From contig JAWAWX010000001.1 in the NCBI GenBank assembly GCA_038897215.1, positions 224,001 to 288,000 on the forward strand: a stretch of DNA of 64,000 nt. Direction: 5' to 3'. A program made the translations under genes and the position numbers. This DNA is from Acidilobaceae archaeon (GTDB lineage Archaea > Thermoproteota > Thermoprotei_A > Sulfolobales > Acidilobaceae). Below, piece after piece: positions 59,746 to 64,000 of the stretch. Numbering within the stretch: position 1 is the stretch's first letter; every line of letters starts with the position of its first letter. The notes beneath the pieces were generated by a model that saw nothing but the letters and a program-made list of their open reading frames with translations, made no database searches and was not told where the DNA came from.

Positions 59746-60912
59746 CTAGAACCATCTCGAGAGCCAGAACTTCTCGAAGGCGTACTTTAGAGCTCTGAAG
59801 ACCTTCATCCCGCCTAGTATGACGCAGTCCGGGTACTCTCCCATCGCTATCCTCTTGGTGAAGTCGCAGTAGACCGCTGCACCCACGTAGCCCATGTCCA
59901 TGACGCAGACCCCGCTCTTGTTGTAGTGCGCGCCCATGTAGACTCCCTTGATCTCATCCACGATCCTGCTGGCAACGTACTCTGCCTGGAAGTGAGCGAA
60001 GACACCGGCCATGCCTAGATTCAGGCTGGGAGCTACCACGTCGCCGACCCCGTAGACGTTATCGTACTTGGGGGCTCTCAGAGAGACCTTGTCTACCCTC
60101 ATGTAGCCCCATATGCTCTCATCTCCTAGCTCGGACTCAGCGACAGGCTTCGGGGGGCTGTGAGGAGGCACTACTATAGCCAGGTCGTACTTTAGCCTCT
60201 CTCCGCTTCGAGACACCAGGATGCCGTCTTGGAAGCTGTCTACCTCTACGCCTCCAGCGTAGCCTACCCCGTACTGGTCTAGGAACTTCTTGAAGGCGTT
60301 GACGAGCATGGAGCCGAAGGGGTCCATTGGCTCCTTCCAGAAGTGAGCTACAGTGATGTCAGCGTTCACTCCCCGCTGCTCAGCCAGATACTTGACCATG
60401 AAGGCTACCTCGAATGGAGCCGGGGGGCACTTGTAGGGCCACGAGACCGGGGTTACTACGACGGAGCCTCCCTTGAAGCCCGCTAGTAGCTTCCTGCACT
60501 CGAGAGCCCCCTCTAGAGTCCAGGGGGTGCAGACTCTCCTCGTGTCCCCGGGGATCTTCTCGGGCTCCGGGATGCTTCCAAGAGCTACCACTAGGTAGTC
60601 GTAGTCTAGCCTCCTCGAGCTCGTCTGAACGGAGTGCTCCTCGGGCTTTATGCTCTCAACCTCCTCGACTAGGACTCTCACGCCCTTCCTCTCGAGTAGT
60701 CTGAGAGGTCTCCTGATATCGTCGGGCTCTCTCTGCCCCATCATAACCCAAGGCTGGCTCGGCTGGAATACGTGGTAGCTACTCTTATCCACTAGGGTTA
60801 TCTCTGCTTCTCCTCTAAGCTTGCTCGCCAAGATGTTAGCCGCCACGACTCCTCCAGCGCCTCCCCCGAGAATCAATACCTTCTTCCCGCCAGCCACAGC
60901 GTAGCGCACCAC
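59746..60912 (-). CDS. sqr: Sulfide:quinone oxidoreductase-like flavoprotein (type III-like)
   Basis: GGGAGG, YDYLVVALG, CPPAPFE, VYGVGD and CVMDMG motifs. Confidence 0.8.
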   Translation of the reverse strand: MVRYAVAGGKKVLILGGGAGGVVAANILASKLRGEAEITLVDKSSYHVFQPSQPWVMMGQREPDDIRRPLRLLERKGVRVLVEEVESIKPEEHSVQTSSRRLDYDYLVVALGSIPEPEKIPGDTRRVCTPWTLEGALECRKLLAGFKGGSVVVTPVSWPYKCPPAPFEVAFMVKYLAEQRGVNADITVAHFWKEPMDPFGSMLVNAFKKFLDQYGVGYAGGVEVDSFQDGILVSRSGERLKYDLAIVVPPHSPPKPVAESELGDESIWGYMRVDKVSLRAPKYDNVYGVGDVVAPSLNLGMAGVFAHFQAEYVASRIVDEIKGVYMGAHYNKSGVCVMDMGYVGAAVYCDFTKRIAMGEYPDCVILGGMKVFRALKYAFEKFWLSRWF

Positions 60913-60938
60913 TACGCTATTGCCGAGTCGAGGATAAT

Positions 60939-60955
60939 ATTTTACAGTATAAAAT
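60939..60955. promoter_or_regulatory. AT-rich palindrome in the sqr promoter
   Basis: ATTTTA-CAGTA-TAAAAT about 27-43 bp upstream of the annotated start. Confidence 0.35.
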
Positions 60956-61097
60956 TAGCGTTTTTAGGAGGAAGCTGAGGCTAGGAGAGCAATGCGAGCT
61001 TGCATCACGAAAAGCCAGCTCTAGAGCCTCTCCAGGTTAGGGTTATAGGGGGGAGCTGGGCTAGCTAGCTCTCCGGAGAGAGAGGGGCTCGGCTGGG

Positions 61098-61775
61098 TTG
61101 AGGATTAGGCTTGCTGTCTTCGACGTGGACGGAGTGCTCGTAGACGTTGAGAGTAGCTGGAGAGCTGTCCACGAGTACTTCGGGGTCTACGAGAAGGCTA
61201 GAGAGGCGGCTAGGCTCTTCTCTGAGAGCAGGCTGCCCTACGTTAAGTGGATGGAGCTAGATACAAGGCTCTGGGTTGAGGCTAGAGGCGGTAGGCTTCA
61301 CAAGAGCGAGCTCCTAGAGGCTTTCTCGCGTCTACGCGTAGACCCAGAGGCGAGGCCTCTCTTCGACTGGCTGAGAGCGAGGGGAGTCAAGACTGCTCTC
61401 GTCAGCGGGGGGATCGACCTGTGGGTAGAGAGAGTAGCTGAGGCTGTTGGAGCGGACTACTGGCTAGCTAACAAGCTCTCATTCGACAAAGACGGCTACC
61501 TGGTCCCCGGAGGGGTCCCTGTTGTTGGCGTCTGGAAGGATGAAGCTGTCAGGAGGATAGCCTCGCACCTTGGAGTAGACCTCTCTCAGGTCATGTTTGT
61601 CGGGGATAGCGAGTGGGACGCTCCAGCCATGAGGATAGTAGGCTACCCCGTCGGCTACGGTCCGCGAGCTAGAGAGGCTTTGAGAGGCGTAGCGAGATAC
61701 TTCGTAGACAGGCTCTCCCAGATAAGGGAGCTAGTCGAAGCCATAGAGAGGGGGGAGAGCCCGCTTCTCGAGTAG
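61098..61775 (+). CDS. HAD-IB phosphatase (phosphoserine phosphatase-like)
   Basis: FDVDGVL, VSGG, K and GDSEWD motifs. Confidence 0.88.
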   Translation: MRIRLAVFDVDGVLVDVESSWRAVHEYFGVYEKAREAARLFSESRLPYVKWMELDTRLWVEARGGRLHKSELLEAFSRLRVDPEARPLFDWLRARGVKTALVSGGIDLWVERVAEAVGADYWLANKLSFDKDGYLVPGGVPVVGVWKDEAVRRIASHLGVDLSQVMFVGDSEWDAPAMRIVGYPVGYGPRAREALRGVARYFVDRLSQIRELVEAIERGESPLLE

Positions 61776-61784
61776 AGCCCGGCG

Positions 61785-62171
61785 CTAGAGCTCTACGGGG
61801 AGCTCTTCTAGAACGCCGTCTCTTAGAGTCCACGCTTTGACCTCGCTAGGGCAGGCTATCACCCAGGGGATCGGCCATCTCTTCATCCCCTCTACGTCTA
61901 GAGGGCTGGGCTCGGGAGGGCAGGAGGAGTGAGTGTGGAAGAGAGCCACGACCTCGAGGCCGTAGGCTTCAGCCGCTAGGTGTGCTTGAACAACATGCCA
62001 TGGGTTAGCCTCGAAGAGGCTCCCCGACTTCAGCTCGTTGTCTGCGCGGAAGAGAGCCCGGCACTCTACAGCGTCTTCTCTCCTAGAGCCTAGGAGGAGC
62101 CCTACGGCCTCGACCCCTCCTCTCGCCATCAGCTTGAGTGTCTTCTCCAACCCCCCTATCTTAACCCTCAA
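61785..62171 (-). CDS. JAMM/MPN+ (M67) metalloprotease
   Basis: EAVGLL plus HTHSSCPPEPSPLD. Confidence 0.88.
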   Translation of the reverse strand: MRVKIGGLEKTLKLMARGGVEAVGLLLGSRREDAVECRALFRADNELKSGSLFEANPWHVVQAHLAAEAYGLEVVALFHTHSSCPPEPSPLDVEGMKRWPIPWVIACPSEVKAWTLRDGVLEELPVEL

Positions 62172-62703
62172 GAGGCACCAGCCTCGCCTTCATGCTCTTA
62201 GTGTCTAGGAGAGCAACGCTGGGCTTGCCTAGGTACCCGCTGGCGTCGCCGGGGTTGAGTACGAGGACTCTCCTAACGTAGTCTAGGTGCGCTACGTGGG
62301 TATGACCGTAGAGCACTGCATCCCACCTCTTTGACTCGGCTAGCGCCACGACTAACTCCAGCGTCTCCCCATAGCCTCCGAGACCGTGTAGGAGCAGTAG
62401 CCTCCTCCCGTCTACCACTATGGAGCGAGGAGGCTCGCCTAAGCCTACTCCCAGCTCTCCCGCGACTCTGTGTAGGAGGCTCTTCTCTCCGTCGTTGTTC
62501 CCGAAGACCGCCTCTACTCTGGCTCCTCCGAGCTCGGCAACAAGCCTCCTGAGAGTGAAGGGTGAGACTATGTCGCCTAGGTGCACGACTAGGCTCACGC
62601 CGTGGCTCTTGAATAGCCTAGCTGCTCTCACCACGTTAGCCTGGTTGTCGTGGGTATCGCTGATAACGCCTACCAGCAAGACCTTCGCACCAGCTAGGCT
62701 CAC
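62161..62703 (-). CDS. YfcE/MJ0936-type metallophosphoesterase
   Basis: SDTHD, HLGD, GNND, HG, GHTH and NPG motifs. Confidence 0.9.
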   Translation of the reverse strand: MSLAGAKVLLVGVISDTHDNQANVVRAARLFKSHGVSLVVHLGDIVSPFTLRRLVAELGGARVEAVFGNNDGEKSLLHRVAGELGVGLGEPPRSIVVDGRRLLLLHGLGGYGETLELVVALAESKRWDAVLYGHTHVAHLDYVRRVLVLNPGDASGYLGKPSVALLDTKSMKARLVPLEG

Positions 62704-62723
62704 AGTGGAGGCTAGAGGCTAAA

Positions 62724-62885
62724 CTAGCTTAGCTTCGAGAAAGCCCGCGCTGAGGCCCCGCTGTAGCCCGCCTCCTCTCTGCAGACCTCCTCTCTGCTCC
62801 CCAAGTATACTAGAATCGCTATGACGACTACGGCTATAGTGACGGCAGCGACTCCAGCGGCGAGCATCTCCTCTAGGCTCGCCAA
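62724..62885 (-). CDS. 53-aa single-pass membrane protein (missed by ORF track)
   Basis: TTG start after GAGGGTG SD; MASLEEMLAAGVAAVTIAVVVIAILVYLGSREEVCREEAGYSGASARAFSKLS fills an operon gap. Confidence 0.55.
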   Translation of the reverse strand: MASLEEMLAAGVAAVTIAVVVIAILVYLGSREEVCREEAGYSGASARAFSKLS

Positions 62886-62898
62886 GCGCTGGCACCCT

Positions 62899-63999
62899 CT
62901 AGGGCACTAGTCTAAGCGGTTGGAGCGTGATCACCGAGATGACTAGGAGGAGTGTGGCGAGCCCTAGAGCCGATGTCACTATGCTCGAGTTCTTCTCACC
63001 GACCAGTATTGACAGCGTCTCTCTAACCATCTGGGCTCCGTCTGTGGCTAGAGAGCCCCAGGGGCTCGGGACTACGAGGGGAGCAGCGTTGACAGCAGCT
63101 AGAGCTAGGTTTATCAGGAAGACTCCGTTCAAGAAGGCTAGAGCGTAGAAGAGAGCCTCGCCTAGCCCAGAGTACTCGTGAGCCAGCCTTACTCCCAGCC
63201 TCTTCTCGCCCACGGGCTTGTATACTGTGACCTCTACTTCTCCGCCTTCTCTCAGAAGAGTGATCGAGAAGAATGCCTCAGCGCTCTCGTCGAAGACCCC
63301 GAGCTCCTCGAGAGCTCTCCTGAAGCTCGCGATATCCCTGACCTCAGTGCTCTCAACTCTGATAACCACGTCGCCAGGCCGGAGCCCCGAGCGCTCGGCT
63401 GGAGTGCCTGGGTCTACGCTCTCGATCACCACAGCTTCGGGTTGCGGTGCTGGAGCTAGAGCTAGAGCGCCTAGAGAGAAGATGGCTAGCAGGACGTTGC
63501 CCAGAATGCCTGCAGTCAAGACTCTAGCCTTAGCGCTCCATGATGCTCTCTTGTAGGATTCCTCGTCTATCTCGACGAACGCAGCCGGTATGAATGCTAG
63601 TAGTATGAGCCCGCTATCCTTCACTCTAAGCCCCAGAGAGACTGCTGAGAGAGCGTGAGCAACCTCGTGGACAAGAACGGCTACCCCCACGGAGAACGCT
63701 ATCAAGACTAGGTTGACGTCTATGGGTATAGTGACCCCGGGCAGTAAGGGCACGACTCCCCGCTGGAGCCCGTCTGCTGGAGGCTCGGGGCTGAAGTACC
63801 TGTAGTATACTGCCTCGCCTACAGCGTAGTAGAATAGAGCGGCTGCCAGGACGGCTACAGGGACCCCTAGCCATGCAAAACTCCTCAAGACTCTGTAGAG
63901 CCTCCTCTCGCTCCCCCCAGCCTCGATGACGCGCCCGGTTCTGTATATCAGGAGGAGCGGCTTGACCTCAACTCTCTCAAGCCTCCTCAGCCTAGACAG
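62899..63999 (-). CDS. Site-2 protease (M50) with PDZ domain, 5'-partial
   Basis: HEVAH, AFVE, PDZ segment (TPAERSGLRPGDVV), NAAP...DG; frame stays open to the window edge. Confidence 0.9.
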   Translation of the reverse strand: MSRLRRLERVEVKPLLLIYRTGRVIEAGGSERRLYRVLRSFAWLGVPVAVLAAALFYYAVGEAVYYRYFSPEPPADGLQRGVVPLLPGVTIPIDVNLVLIAFSVGVAVLVHEVAHALSAVSLGLRVKDSGLILLAFIPAAFVEIDEESYKRASWSAKARVLTAGILGNVLLAIFSLGALALAPAPQPEAVVIESVDPGTPAERSGLRPGDVVIRVESTEVRDIASFRRALEELGVFDESAEAFFSITLLREGGEVEVTVYKPVGEKRLGVRLAHEYSGLGEALFYALAFLNGVFLINLALAAVNAAPLVVPSPWGSLATDGAQMVRETLSILVGEKNSSIVTSALGLATLLLVISVITLQPLRLVP

Positions 64000-64000
64000 A

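Noticed and set aside
412-63874. Many Ser/Leu-rich antisense and nested ORFs in the ORF track (e.g. 51404-52030, 59231-59749, 49532-50050)
   Set aside because: Shadows of well-supported genes caused by biased codon usage; no motifs.
1-64000. CRISPR arrays, IS elements and inteins (RtcB, RadA, Rgy, AtpA, CDC48)
   Set aside because: No spaced repeats or transposase seen, and these proteins have normal lengths without inserts.

Overview
A 64-kb, gene-dense, GC-rich segment from a hyperthermophilic crenarchaeon. The assignment rests on reverse gyrase, Alba, RadA, L38e, an aCcr1-like RHH protein and an Orc1/Cdc6 that closely resembles Aeropyrum ORC2, so it is probably Desulfurococcales/Acidilobales-like. 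Most genes are housekeeping: CDC48, RtcB, ArgRS, PheRS, ThyX, Mre11/Rad50, EndoIII, class II HMG-CoA reductase, a split A-type ATPase, peroxiredoxin and SQR. The window also holds tRNA-Phe(GAA), 2-3 candidate C/D-box sRNAs and three short genes missed by the ORF track. No CRISPR array, IS element or intein was seen. The best leads are: (1) an accessory island at 56.7-59.2 kb pairing a beta-class amino-methyltransferase with a divergent, AT-rich HhH/4Fe-4S glycosylase-like protein that lacks the canonical catalytic Asp; (2) a structured leader or ncRNA of about 110 nt upstream of thyX; (3) two divergent RHH regulators with twin palindromic operators; (4) an unannotated protein with a complete JAMM motif; (5) a Re-citrate-synthase-like enzyme; (6) a striking CTAG/AGCT/TCGA enrichment. 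All assignments come from motif recognition by eye. No database searches were run.
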